Shown piece after piece: positions 1 to 14,673 of a stretch of 64,000 bases of DNA (within the stretch, counting starts at the first letter, position 1; every line of letters starts with the position of its first letter). A model generated the notes under the pieces. It did no database searches. It was not told the origin of the DNA and saw only the letters and a program-made list of their open reading frames with translations. A program made the translations under genes and the position numbers. The stretch comes from the human T2T-CHM13v2.0 reference genome, Homo sapiens. Location of the stretch: assembly GCF_009914755.1 (NCBI RefSeq), contig NC_060927.1. The stretch is one strand, 5' to 3'.

Positions 1-599
1 TAACATGACAGCTCTTTGTATAACAGATTACTTTTCAAAAAGAAAATTCTAAACTCAAAATTCCTACATATTAAATTAGTTTGCTAGTTATTATAATTCC
101 TAAAATACGTTCTTCTTGATGTAAATTAATTCCAAATTAGAATAAAACCAACTAAGAATTATAATATGCACTTCAAAAGACCACCTACCTTTGAAAATGT
201 ACAATCATTTGCATTTCAATTTCTTAACTTAAACCTTAAGTAAATATTATTTGAATTTACTCTTACTTTGTTTTATTTACGTAATCACAACAGACACAAA
301 TTTATCACACCACAGTTTCTGTGCGATTTTGGTATTATTTCTGACAGTAGTTGTGAGATTTGTTACCATATTTTAGCTAATAAATGCTGGGAATAGCTGA
401 TATTCTTAAATTTGTCAACACAAATTTTTATGTGACCATTGCTTATTAAGTAGCAGAAGGAGTATAAAAACAATAAAAGACATATCACTTATCCTTAATG
501 AACTTGCAAACTAACTGAAAGGAGAAAATAGTTATGTATGAGACAAACAGAACAGAGTAAAAATTGAAGCAATATATTCTCAAAATGAAAATGACCTGC

Positions 600-960
600 A
601 CATCTGCAAATGCTTTATCCAATTTTTAAAAAATCATTGTTATGTAGGTACTGGAAACATTTGATAAACATATGACTGAAAACTTTACATATGGAATGAG
701 GAAAAATTAACAAGAAACAACACAAAAATTAAAATAAAATAAGAATTATTATGATATTATGCATGGTGACAGAGGGAGAAGTAGAGACCAAGTAATCAAA
801 AGTACAAATAAAAGCACTGGGGAATCAAGGTGAAAACTGCATTCATCAGAATAAAAATGGGACATAATTAAAAGGGCAAAGTAAAGTTTAGAGAAAAAGA
901 TACATAACAGGTTTACTACAATATAATAAGTATAAAGAAACATTTACAAAGCAGTAAGAA
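600..960 (+). mobile_element. Ancient L1M/L1ME ORF2 3' fragment (probably continues at 1240-1330 and 3330-3540)
   Basis: A-rich, degenerate L1 ORF2-like sequence; weak similarity only. Confidence 0.35.
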
Positions 961-1236
961 GGCCAGGTGCGGTGGCTCATGTCTGTAATCCCAGCACGTT
1001 GGAAGGCCGAGGTGGGCAGATCACTTGAGGCCAGGCGTTCAAGACCAGCCTGGCCAACATGGTGAAACCCTGTCTCTACTAAAAATACAAAAAATTAGTC
1101 AGGTGTGGTGGTGGACGCCTGTAATTCCAGATACTAGGGAGGCTGAGGCACAAGAATCGCTTGAACCCTGGAGGCGGAGATACAGTGAGCCGAGATCGCA
1201 TCCCTGCACTCCAGCCTGGGTGGCAGAAAGAAAAAA
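961..1236 (+). mobile_element. Alu (AluS/Jb-age), 3' end shortened
   Basis: GGCCAGGTGCGGTGGCTCA start, middle CTACTAAAAATACAAAAAATTAG linker, right arm to CCAGCCTGGG. Confidence 0.95.
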
Positions 1237-1334
1237 TATAAACTTCTTAACAGAATAGTAAAAATTAAAAATAAACCATTCACAGAAAAAATATAAACTG
1301 ACAGTAAAATGTGCTAAATATTTAGCTCTATTAG

Positions 1335-1701
1335 TTGGGTAAGCAGAATAATACCCTCCCTGCTGTAGGAGGTCGAAGTCGTAATCTCTGGAACCTGTAT
1401 ATGTGTTGAGTTGCATGGCAAGAGGTATTAAGTTTGCTGATGGTATTAAGGATGCCAAATAGCTGACCGTAAAATAAAGAGAGTATTCTGGATTACGTAG
1501 GCGCATACGTGTAATCAAGAGGGTCCTTAAAAGATAGGAGAGAAAGGCAGAAAAATCAGAATGTTGTGCTGTGAGAACTGAATGGGCCATTGCTGGGTTT
1601 GAAGATGAAAGAGAAGAAGCAGCTAGCAAAGTAGGCAGCCTTTAAAAGTCGGAAAGGACAAAGAAATGGATTGTCTTCTACCTAGAGCCTTCAGAAGAAA
1701 C
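1335..1701 (+). mobile_element. MLT1D-like MaLR LTR, 5' part (split by LTR12C)
   Basis: GCAGAATAAT...TAATCTCTGGAACCTGT...CCTAGAGCCTTCAGAAGAAAC; joins seamlessly to GAAGCCCTGC at 3128. Confidence 0.85.
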
Positions 1702-3123
1702 TGAGAGGTGACAGCATGCTGGCAGTCCTCACAGCCCTCGCTCGCTCTTGCTCGCTCTCGGCGCCTCCTCTGTGGGACTTGAGGAGCCCTTCAGCCCACC
1801 GCTGCACTGTGGGAGGCCCTTTCTGGGCTCGCCAAGGCCGGAGCCGGCTCCCTCAGCTTGCGGGGAGGTGTGGAGGAAGAGGCGCGGGCGGGAACCGGGG
1901 CTGCGCGCGGCGCTTGCGGGCCAGCTGGAGTTCCGGGTGGGCGTCGGCTTGGCGGGCCCCGCACTCGGAGCAGCCGGCCCGCCCTGCCGCCCGGGCAATG
2001 AGGGGCTTAGCACCTGGGCTAGCGGCTGCGGAGGGTGTACTGGGTCCGCCAGCAGCGCCAGCCCACCGACGCTGCAATCGATTTCTCACTGGGCCTTAGC
2101 TGCATTCCCGCGGGGCAAGGCTCGGGACTTGCAGCCCGTCACGCCTGAGCCTCCCCCGCTCAGTGGGCTCCTGTGCAGCCGGAGCCTCGCCAAGGAGCGC
2201 CGCCCCCTGCTCCACGGCGCCCAGTCCCATCGACCACCCAAGGGCTGAGGAGTGCGGGCTCACACAGGGCGCTGGACTGGCAGACAGCTCCACCTGCAGC
2301 CCCCATGCGGGATCCACGGGGTGAAGCCAGCTGGGTTCTTGAGTCTGGTGGGGACTTGGAGAACCTTTATGTCTAACTCAGGGATTGTAAATACACCAAT
2401 AGGCACTCTGTATCTAGCTCAAGGTTTGTAAACACACCAATCAGCACTCTGTGTCTAGCTCAGGGTTTGTGAATGCACCAATCGACACTCTGTATCTAGC
2501 AGCTCTGGTGGGGACCTGGAGAACCTTTGTGTGGACACTCAGTATCTAGCTACTCTGGTGAGGAGATGGAGAACCTTGGTGTCTAGCTCAGGGATTGTAA
2601 ACGCACCAATCAGTGCCCTGTCAAAACAGACCACTCAGCTCTACCAATCAGCAGGATGTGGGTGGGGCCAGATAAGAGACTAAAAGCAGGCTGCGCGAGC
2701 CCCCAGTGGCAACGCTGGGGTCCCCATCCACACTGTGGAAGCTTTGTTCTTTTGCTCTTTGCAATAAATCTTGCTACTGCTCACTCTTTGGGTCCACACT
2801 GCCTTTATGAGCTGTAACACTTACCAGCGAAGGTCTGCAGCTTCACTCCTGAAGCCAGTGAGACCAGGAGCCCACAGGGAGGAACAAACAACTCCAGACG
2901 CTCTGCCTTAAGAGCTGTAACACTCACAGCAAAGGTCTGCAGCTTCACTCCTGAGCCAGCGAGACCACGAACCCATCAGATGGAAGAAACTCCGAACACA
3001 TCCGAACATCAGAAGGAACAAACTCCGGACACACCGCCTTTAAGAACTGTAATACTCACTGAGAAGGTTCGCGGCTTCATTCTTGAAGTCAGTGAGACCA
3101 AGAACCCACCAATCCTGGATACA
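1702..3123 (+). mobile_element. LTR12C (ERV9/HERV9) solo LTR
   Basis: Starts TGAGAGGTGACAGCATGCTGGCAGTCCTCACAGCC, ends AAGAACCCACCAATCCTGGATACA; CpG-rich 5' part, CCAAT/GATA repeats, 3' tandem repeats; 4-bp TSD AAAC (1698-1701)/AAAT (3124-3127). Confidence 0.97.
2370..2770 (+). promoter_or_regulatory. LTR12C enhancer repeats and core promoter
   Basis: CCAAT at 2396, 2437, 2478, 2606, 2644; repeated TATCT (GATA on minus strand); GC/GT box GGGTGGGG ~2660; TATA-equivalent reads ACTAAAA (2679-2685); AATAAA 2763-2768. Confidence 0.75.
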
Positions 3124-3127
3124 AAAT

Positions 3128-3265
3128 GAAGCCCTGCTTACATCTTAGTTTAGGCCCACTGACATCCGTTTTGACCGCTTGACTTCCAGAATGATAAAAT
3201 AATACGTTTCTATTTTTAAGCCACCAAATTTGTGGTTGTTACAGCAACAATAGAAAACAAATGTA
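3128..3265 (+). mobile_element. MLT1D-like MaLR LTR, 3' part
   Basis: TTTTAAGCCACCAAATTTGTGGTTGTTACAGCAACAATAGAAAAC terminal motif. Confidence 0.85.
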
Positions 3266-3679
3266 TTCACAATCAAGTCAAATCAAATTAAGGCATTCAC
3301 TAGCTAAACTTACTCTTCTCCGCTTGGCACAGATACCATAAATAATAGCCCATTGTGTCCATTGGAAAGCTTACATTTGTATTTGTTACAATTGGGTGTA
3401 TAGGAATTATTTGGTACAAATATTCTAATAAATAATTTTGCAATATGTATAAAAAATTTAAGGATTTTTAAAAAACATTATTGATTCATTACTCCCAATG
3501 TAAGTTTTTTTAACCTAAGAAAATAGATAACAGTGAACATTATTACTTTCTTTTATGAATATTCTTGGTCTTTCCAAAACAAAACAAGCTATTGGTTTAA
3601 TAAATTATGGTATAATCAAATAATGAAACTCTATGCATTTGTTAAAGTAACTTTTCAAAAGAATATCTTGTAACATAGA

Positions 3680-4165
3680 ATAACAGATCCTAGTGCATTA
3701 CCCACTCTTTGGGCTTTATCGCTTTTCCACCATCATTATCTGCATCACTGCCTGCAGGTTTTCTACACGGCCAGGGTTGGTCTCTGCCTGCTCAATAGTC
3801 AAGTCAAAAGAGGCAGGAAATTAACACCCTCTGGAGGCAGCCTTTGAGGAATGATCCATGGGAGGTGGAGTATAAATACCTCAGCTCTGTTTCCTCTAGA
3901 GATATAACTAAGGAATGGGTTTTACATTGTTTCTCAGAGTTTCCTCAAGGTTTTAAACTTCAATCACCCACAGGGGTAGTGGGCTTTATCATAGTATACA
4001 TCCTTTGTGGCTTCCCTTCCTTCTTGTCTCACTTCTCCATTCCAAACTAGGATTTATTTCTTTTCCCTAAAACAAAACAAAATGTTTAACCTGAAACCCT
4101 TACAAAACACGTAAAATTTATATTTAAAAAATCTAAATATTTGAGGAGAGAACGAAACCTAAGTA
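3680..4165 (+). mobile_element. LTR16-family (ERVL) LTR, degenerate
   Basis: AATTAACACCCTCTGGAGGCAGCC...GGGAGGTGGAGTATAAATACCTCAGCTC...CTTGTCTCACTTCTCC resembles the LTR16 core. Confidence 0.7.
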
Positions 4166-6039
4166 TATGCCCAGGTATAACACGATTGGTGGAGATAGCT
4201 TTAAAAAAGTTCCTGAAAAATTTAGTTTTTAAAAGGTTACCCTAGTAGAAGGTGACTTAACTGCCTAATTTCTTGATTCCAAATCCAGCTGATGAGGAGA
4301 AGCTCATGTGGCTGCTCCCTTGGTCTTCTGTTGCACATCTGCATCTAGAGAAGATACTCGGGAGTTCCTGTTCTGACCTCTGAGTCTCAGCATATTTAGC
4401 TTATTCTTTGGTCTGGGAGATCATTTCCTCTTTCTGATATTTTAAATACATTTTCTTCGATCATGCTGGACTTTTAAAATTCTACTGTATCCTCTCTCAA
4501 CAAAAAGAAGCCACATTTGTTACAGATTCTGTCATTTGAGTGCTTTCTGGATCATTAACGGATAATTAATAGAATCTTAGGGCAGCAAAACTTTTTTAAT
4601 TACTCCCCAAAATTGGTAAGATAGATGCCATACAAACAAAGCATTCATCTGTTCTTTTTACTGCTCATCAGTTTATATTGGCACTTTATAGGAAGGCATA
4701 GTTTAATTTACAGCACTTGTGTAGGTAAAATTTTGCTGGAAATACTATTGCTTCAGGGATTCAGGGAAACATTTTAAATAGAGTAAAGATGTTAAACATG
4801 CCTCTTCATTGTCTTCAGGTCCCCAGATCTAGATGAAGATACCAGAACTCAGTGAAAAAGGTGGAGTCAAAGATTACATCAAAGGTCACAGTTTCTAGAA
4901 AAGTTGACTCTCTTAGCTTATTGAAACTGTAGTTCATATAGATACATTTCAGGCATCTTTTACTTCCTAGAAGCAAAGGAATCTTATGTAAGTGTCACAG
5001 TATTGTAAATCATACTTGTAGTTTGTTTCATACTTCTCTAAATTGTAACAAATTTGTATAAGAAAAAATAGGATGAAGTTGTGGAAAAATTATTTATTTG
5101 TTTATTGGCTTTTGTGAGTTTTAATTTTTCTTTTAGATAAAAAGTTTATTGCTGAAACAGAAAAAATATTAAATATGACAAAGTTAACATTAATGTAATA
5201 GCACAACAAAAAATTATTGTGGACCAGTTATTTTTCCCTAGATTGTTGATGTAACATTATACATAACAAATAAAAATTAGTACTCTAACACAGAAGCTTA
5301 TTTAGAATTAGTTCTCTAGCATAAAATAAATATGAATTATAAAATTCTATTGTCATAACAAAATCTATGATTTATTCTTTGGGGTATATTCTGTTACCCA
5401 GAAAAATTACTTTGCCACATTACAGTTATTAAATGTAGCTTGTCTGTTTCTATGGGTATTAATTAGGGTAGCATTTTCTTTTTTTTTTTTTTACGATAAT
5501 CTGGGTGATTATACTGACATTAGCAGGTACATTGTAATACTTGCCCTTTTTTCTCCTCCTTTATAAGTGAACGGTGAATTTGTCATATATCTGCTCAATG
5601 GATGAATTAGCATAAGACATATCTGATAAATCTGTTTTTGGCTCTAATATACTACCTGTTTTTGGTTTTGTTTTCCTTTCAAACAAGTCAATTGAAAAAA
5701 TAATTTCAGTTGTGCTATTTAGGTGTGATTGAAGTTGCTTCAGTGAAAGGAGAGTGGAAATACATATTAGTCCATGATATATCTCTGTTAGATAATACAT
5801 ATTTCAAAGGAATTAGTACTAGGTCAACTGACAAATATAGATACATGTAAGAAACTAGTGGTAAAGTTTTCCACGGTAGCCAGTGGCTTACATGGGCTAC
5901 GAGGGCCATGCTGGAGGCTAAGCAGAAAGCAAATCCCAAAAAGAGACAGAAGAATTTTGCCAAAAAATAAAAATAATTTCCAAAATGTCAAGCACAAAAT
6001 AGTAAAACCAGAATGCTAAATAAACATAACAAGTTAAAG

Positions 6040-6727
6040 GAATATTCAACAATGATTTGTTGAAAGCCAGTCAGGTGTTGTGCCTTGTGCTAAGCCTTGG
6101 CATGGAGTGGAGCATAAGGAAGACCAGACTTGGTTTCTTTTCTTGTTAAGCTTATAGTTTACTACAGGATATTGACATTAAATAAATAAATTCACACATG
6201 TAAATAATATCACGTTATGTTAAGTGCCATGAAGAAAAATAATAGAATGTTATGAGAAAAATCAAGGGAGTGATAATGTATCTAGGCAATAAAATAAAGC
6301 ACTTTTCCCTCATTGAAATTTAAGCTGAGACCTAAAGCACTGGGTTGAAATAAGGCTATAAGTAAGGAAAATAGCTTAGCTTATTCTGGGAAATAATAGA
6401 TGGATAGTATATTTTACCTACAGTGACCAAGAAAAGAATGATATGGGAGGAGGCAGATTATGTTTTTAGATTCAGAGTCTTATAGGTCATCCTAACCATT
6501 CTGTATTTTATCCTAAGAACAATGAGAACCAGTCAAGAGTTTTAGGAAAATAGGAAAGAAAACATCAAATTCAAATTTTACAAAGTTCATATTGGCTTTC
6601 TAGGATAATAATCAGGAGATAGGAGCACAGGGCAGATCGATAACAGTACAATTGAAAGACAATGTTGGTTTGAGCCTGATTGGCAGTGGTGGAAATGAAC
6701 AGTAATGGAAGAAATGTGTATCTATGC

Positions 6728-6798
<71 letters not shown>

Positions 6799-6900
6799 AT
6801 GGTATGAATTAACAAGACTGGCTCATGCAGAGGATGAGAAAAAAAAAGAGGTGCCAAAATCTATTCTTAGTTCTCCAATGAAACCCTGCAGAATCAAGGT
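6040..6900 (-). mobile_element. L2 LINE 3' fragment
   Basis: ATTCAACAATGATTTGTTGA...TAAGTGCCATGAAGAAAA...TTTAAGCTGAGACCTAAAG, typical antisense L2 3' end. Confidence 0.7.
6731..6796. repeat. Compound microsatellite (CA)18(GA)15
   Basis: Perfect repeats read directly. Confidence 0.98.
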
Positions 6901-7159
6901 AGAGCTCCAGGGTTGAAATGACTTCAGAATACAGTGACACACACAGTGATAGGTAAGATAATTTTCTACTTCTGTGATTGATAACTTGAATGTGCATATT
7001 AAACTATATTAAGCTGTTTTATTGCTTGAGGTCAAGTAATAATACTAATAAATTATAAACTGACATCAGATAAAAGAGATATATACTCACCCCTACACAT
7101 ATCTCTATATGTGTATATAATACAAATATATATTTAGTGCCTTAGAAATAGCTCTTCCT

Positions 7160-8993
<1,834 letters not shown>

Positions 8994-10086
8994 ACCATTC
9001 AGGACATAGGCCTTGGCAAGGACTTCATGTCTAAAACACCAAAAGCAATGGCAACAAAAGCCAAAATGGACAAATGGGATCTAATTAAACTAAAGAGCTT
9101 CTGCACAGCAAAAGAAGCTACCATCAGGGTGAACAGACAACCTACAGAATGGGAGAAAATTTTTGCAATCTACTTATCTGACCAAGGACTAATATCCAGA
9201 ATCTACAATGAACTCAAACAAATTTACAAGAAAAAACAAACAACCCCATCAAAAAGTGGGCAAAGGATATGAACAGACACTTCTGAAAAGAAGACATTTA
9301 TGCAGCCAAAAGACAGATGAAAAAATGCTCATCATCACTGGCCATCAGAGAAATGCAAATGAAAACCACAATGAGATACCATCTCACGCCAGTTAGAATG
9401 GCGATCATTAAAAAGTCAGGAAACAACAGTTGCTGGAAAGGATGTGGAGAAATAGGAACACTTTTACACTGTTGGTGGGACTGTAAACTAGTTCAACCAT
9501 TGTGGAAGTCAGTGTGGTGATTCCTCAGGGATCTAGAACTAGAAATACCATTTGACCCAGGCATCCCATCACTGGGTATATACCCAAAGGATTATAAAAC
9601 ATGCTGCTATAAAGACACATGCACATGTATATTTATTGCGGCACTATTCACAATAGCAAAGACTTGGAACCAAGCCAAATGTCCAACAATGATAGACTGG
9701 ATTAAGAAAATGTGGCACAGATACACCATGGAATACTATGCAGCCATAAAAAATGATGAGTTCATGTCCTTTGTAGGGACACGGATGAAGCTGGAAACCA
9801 TCATTCTCAGCAAACTATCGCAAGAACGAAAAACCAAACACTGCATGTTCTCGCTCATAGGTGGGAATTGAACAATGAGAACACATGGACACGGGAAGGG
9901 GAACATCACACACAGGGGCCTGTTGTGGGGTGGTAGGAGCGGGGAGGGATAGCATTAGGAGATATACCTAATGTTAAATGACGAGTTAATGGGTGCAGCA
10001 TACCAACATGGCACATGTATACATATGTAACAAACCGCACGTTGTGCACATGTACCCTAGAACTTAAAGTATAATAATAATAAAAA
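8994..10086 (+). mobile_element. L1PA4-like LINE-1, non-inverted 3' segment with 3' UTR and A-tail
   Basis: ACCATTCAGGACATAGG...; Cys-rich ORF2 end; CCTAATGTTAAATGACGAG...CTTAAAGTATAATAATAATAAAAAA; TSD copy AGAAATATCTCTTCCT (10087-10102). Confidence 0.96.
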
Positions 10087-10139
10087 AGAAATATCTCTTC
10101 CTACTCACTGAGGCACTGATGATATTCAATCTTTTCAAA

Positions 10140-10372
10140 CAAAGGTCATCAAACTTCTCTACTGTATCCATTAGAGAAGTTTTCTGACCCTTATTTGAAA
10201 AGACTGAATTTTCATTATCTGTAAAGAGCCAGATAATAGTTTTGGCTTTGTAGGTAGAGAGTCTCTGTTGTGATTCCTCAACTCCGTCATTAGATCACAA
10301 AAGCAGCCACAGTCAATATTTAAACCAACGGTCACAGGCAGAGTTGAACTGGCTATGGTTTGTCACACCTTG
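10140..10372 (+). mobile_element. MER58A (hAT-Charlie)
   Basis: TCTGTAAAGAGCCAGATA...GTCTCTGTTG...CTCAACTC...AAAGCAGCCACAG. Confidence 0.75.
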
Positions 10373-11067
10373 AATCTTTTAAATAAACATAGATGGACAG
10401 AAAGGAAGAAACATTGGTATTAGTGTTTAAAGTATTCCTCTTCATCAAAAATAGGAAATGTAAAAGAAAGGTAGTATCCCAGTTTAAGAGTAGTTTGACA
10501 AATATATGATTTTAAAATATTCCTGGATCATTATTATTTTAAAGTGACTTTATCTGCGACATGAGGCTTGACAATGTTGATGCTACAATTTCTCATATTT
10601 TTTACAGCATTACCTATTGGTATGTGTTGTGGTACCTGATTGTCAAAATAACAAACAAATGAAAAAGTGTGAAAAATTGAGATGACAAGATTGCTGAAGT
10701 AGCTTGAACATGGTAATGTGCTGAATTCTAGAAGCTGAGATGTATTGTGAGTTTTGATATAGTGAAATGTAATCAATATCAGACAGTGACCAATGTGTCT
10801 GACTATCCAATGTGCCTAGCATTCAACACTCAAATACTTCCGGCACAAACAAAAAAAGTGGCAATGTGATTGTCAGAGGCAAAAAAAGAGGAAAACAGAA
10901 AATTAGTTACAGACTAGCTTATTCTTAGAACAGTGCAGTACTTAAACTCTGACACAAAAGATTATCTGTGCTTGGTGTTTTTATCTATTATGGCTACATA
11001 ATGCAATGGAATCAACTGAAAACATCCAATGCTTTATTGAGCTACTTGATACATACACATAAACTAC

Positions 11068-11110
11068 ATGTATGTGTGTGTGTGTCTGTGTGTGTGTGTG
11101 TCTGTATGTA
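11068..11110. repeat. Imperfect (TG)n
   Basis: Read directly. Confidence 0.9.
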
Positions 11111-11129
11111 CGTATTCACTTTTTTTTAA

Positions 11130-11537
11130 TACTCTCTCTAAAGATGTACACATCCTATTCCCTGGAGCCCGTCAATGTATTACCTTAGACGGTAAAAGGG
11201 GCTTTGCAGCTGTGGTTAAGTTAAAAATTTCAGATCGGGAGATTATCTTGTATTATCCATGTGAGCCTAATGTAATCACAAGTATCCTTCTAAGAGGGAG
11301 GCAGGAGGGCCAAGGTCAGAGGTAGGAGACTAGACTCAAAAGATTGGAGTGAAATAAAGAAGAGCTCATGAGCCAATAAAGAATACAAATGACCTCACAA
11401 AGCTAAAAAAAAGACAAGGAAACAGATTCTTCCATGAAGCTTCCAGAAGGAGTGTAGCCCTACTGACCTTCGGAACTGTAAGAAAATAAATGTGTATGGT
11501 TTTAAGTCATTACATTTATGGCAATTTGTTACAGTAG
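11130..11537 (+). mobile_element. MLT1D-like MaLR LTR (last ~18 bp displaced to 11959-11976 by MSTA)
   Basis: AAAGATGTACACATCCTA...GGGAGATTATC...GAACTGTAAGAAAATAAATGTG...TTTGTTACAG. Confidence 0.85.
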
Positions 11538-11953
11538 TATATTAGTCCATTCTTGCGCTGCTATAAAGAAATACCTGAGACTGGTTAATTTATAAAGGAA
11601 AGAGGTTTAATTGGCTCATGGTTCTGCAGGCTCTACAGGAAGCATGGTACCATTCCATCGGCATCTGGGTAGGTCTCAGGAAACTTACAATCATAGAAGA
11701 AGGTGAACAGGAAGCAAGCACATCTTATATGGCTGCAGCAGAAATAAGAGGGAGGGGTGGAGGTGCTACGTACTTTTAAACAACCAGACCTCATGAGACC
11801 TGTATCATGAGAACAGCGCTAGGGAGATGGTGCTAAACCATTCAGGAGAAACTGCCACATCATTCAAGCACCTCCCACCAGGCCCCACCTCCAACCCTGA
11901 GGATTACAATTGGACATGAGATTTGGGTAAGGACACAGATCCAAACCATATCA
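11538..11953 (-). mobile_element. MSTA MaLR solo LTR
   Basis: TATATTAGTCCATTCTTGC...GGACACAGATCCAAACCATATCA; perfect 5-bp TSD AGTAG (11533-11537, 11954-11958). Confidence 0.92.
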
Positions 11954-13939
11954 AGTAGTAATAGGAAGCTAATGCAGTAAGTTAAGTCAAACCATATCCT
12001 GCATTACATTGGGAGTCATTTTCTTAGCAGTAGTATAAATATGTTGGCTGTGATTGTTGCCATAATTTTGTCAATAATTAATTATGGTATTCATTTGTGA
12101 TATAGTACCTGACATAGCTGAATATTCCATTCAAATTTAATTATTAACTTTTGGGGGATATTTTTTAACATGCTGCTTGTAACAAGCTATTTGCCTTTTT
12201 CTGATTTGTGTGTGTAAAACTCAGTGATATAATGCAGCTACAAAGGTAAATAAGAAAGTGACATTCTTCGAAATGTGAAACCAAATAAATTAGATAAAAA
12301 TGATTCATATTTGTTATGAAAGTATGAGATTATAATACAAAAATACTAGCAAAATATTTGCTACTTTTGACAGGCTAAGAATTTAATTTTCAGCAAAAGT
12401 ACATTCCCAAGTTTCTCTTTTGTTTTGTAATAAAATCCCAATTTCAGGGGATATTGAAATGTAAACAGGAAATAGGTGTCAGCCTCAGGTCACACCTACA
12501 TAGAACAGTATACTTATGTACACCAAACATTTCACAATTGTTATCTTTAAGCTAAATAATCATCCCTCAGATTTGTTCTTAGGACAATACACAGCTTTTG
12601 TAAGTGCAATACATTTATTTTTCCTTTTAAGATACTAAATATGAATGAGGAGACATGTACCAAAAGTGATGAATGCTGGAAACAATCTTAAGCCAGGAAA
12701 AAGCATGAGGAAATTGAAACGTTTGAGAGATAGGTTATATTGGATGGAGAGGAAAAAAAAGGAAATACATTGCACTTTTTAGTTAGCTGTCTCCGGACTT
12801 TGTACCTTTTCGTTCCCATCAAACACTTTCGTCTTTTTTGTAGAAAACAAAAAGCAGCAAGCAACAACAGCAGCAAGAGCAGCAGCAGTTAAATAAAAAA
12901 GTAAAACAACAGAAAAATAATTTAGGTACTGAAAATGGTCAGAAAATAAATTTTGGATGATTAAATTAATATGAATTAAATTTATGCATTATAATTAGTT
13001 TGCTAGGGCTGCCATTGTAATGGCATTACAATGTAATTTGCATTACAATTACAAATAATTGTGACAGAGGAGACAACTCATACCAGGAGTGGGTTTCAAA
13101 TTGGGACAGAAGCAAAGATATACAAGGCCAAAGCATGAAACTCAACTATAGGAAAAAATTTATTGGAAACAGGAGTAAAAAGGCTACCTGGCTGACTACC
13201 AAAGTAAGGGCAGAAAACATTAGCTAGAACTCAGCTAAGCAATTTTATATAAACAAGGCAATCTATCTTTATAGTTAGTCTTAAGAAATTATTTTGTTCA
13301 TTCATGCATTTGATAAATAATACATTTTTATTGAATATCAAATATGTGCCACAAGCAATTCTAAATTTGAGAATACAGCATTGAGTGAAATAAACATCAT
13401 CCCTGTTCTTATGCGGCTTAAGGTTTAATGATAGGAAGGTGTTCAGAAACATGTAAACAGGTAAATATATGCTATGAAGGAAATGAAGTAGGAAAAGGGA
13501 ATATAAAAGTGTGTCAGCAGGGAGTTATTTTAGAGACAGCTGCCAAAAAGGCCTCTCTGATAGAATTATATTAGAACAGAAATATGACAGAAGTTTATAG
13601 TACATAACATGGAAAACCGTGAGGAAAGGATTAAAAGCGGATAGATTTATACGTGCAAAGGCCCTGAGGCAGGCACATGTTAGGTGTGTTAAAAGAACGG
13701 TTTGGCATCCACTGTGACTGGAATAGAGAGAAAAAGAGGGGCATGGAAGAAGCTGAGGTTTAAGAAGTCGCCTTTAAAAAGACTGTAGAGCCCAGAAAAG
13801 CAGAAGGAAAACTGCATCTTTTATTCTGATTGAGTGAGGAAATAACTAGATGCCCTTAAGCAGACGAATCCCATGGTAAAACTTGTTTAAAAGAGTAACT
13901 CTAGACATTGTGTGGGTCCAAACAGATCCAGAAAGATCA

Positions 13940-14673
<734 letters not shown>

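Noticed and set aside
1716-2376. Cluster of GC-rich ORFs and a CpG island suggesting a gene's first exon
   Set aside because: Entirely within LTR12C; long ORFs on both strands reflect GC content
2370-3123. Regularly spaced ~41-bp and ~100-bp repeats resembling a CRISPR array
   Set aside because: These are the known internal tandem repeats of LTR12; no unique spacers, no cas genes, eukaryotic context
5860-5975. Short GC-richer patch followed by an A-rich run, possible processed pseudogene fragment
   Set aside because: No TSD found and the translation matches nothing I recognise
12853-12888. CAG-rich run, possible polyglutamine exon
   Set aside because: Short, interrupted, and not in a credible exon
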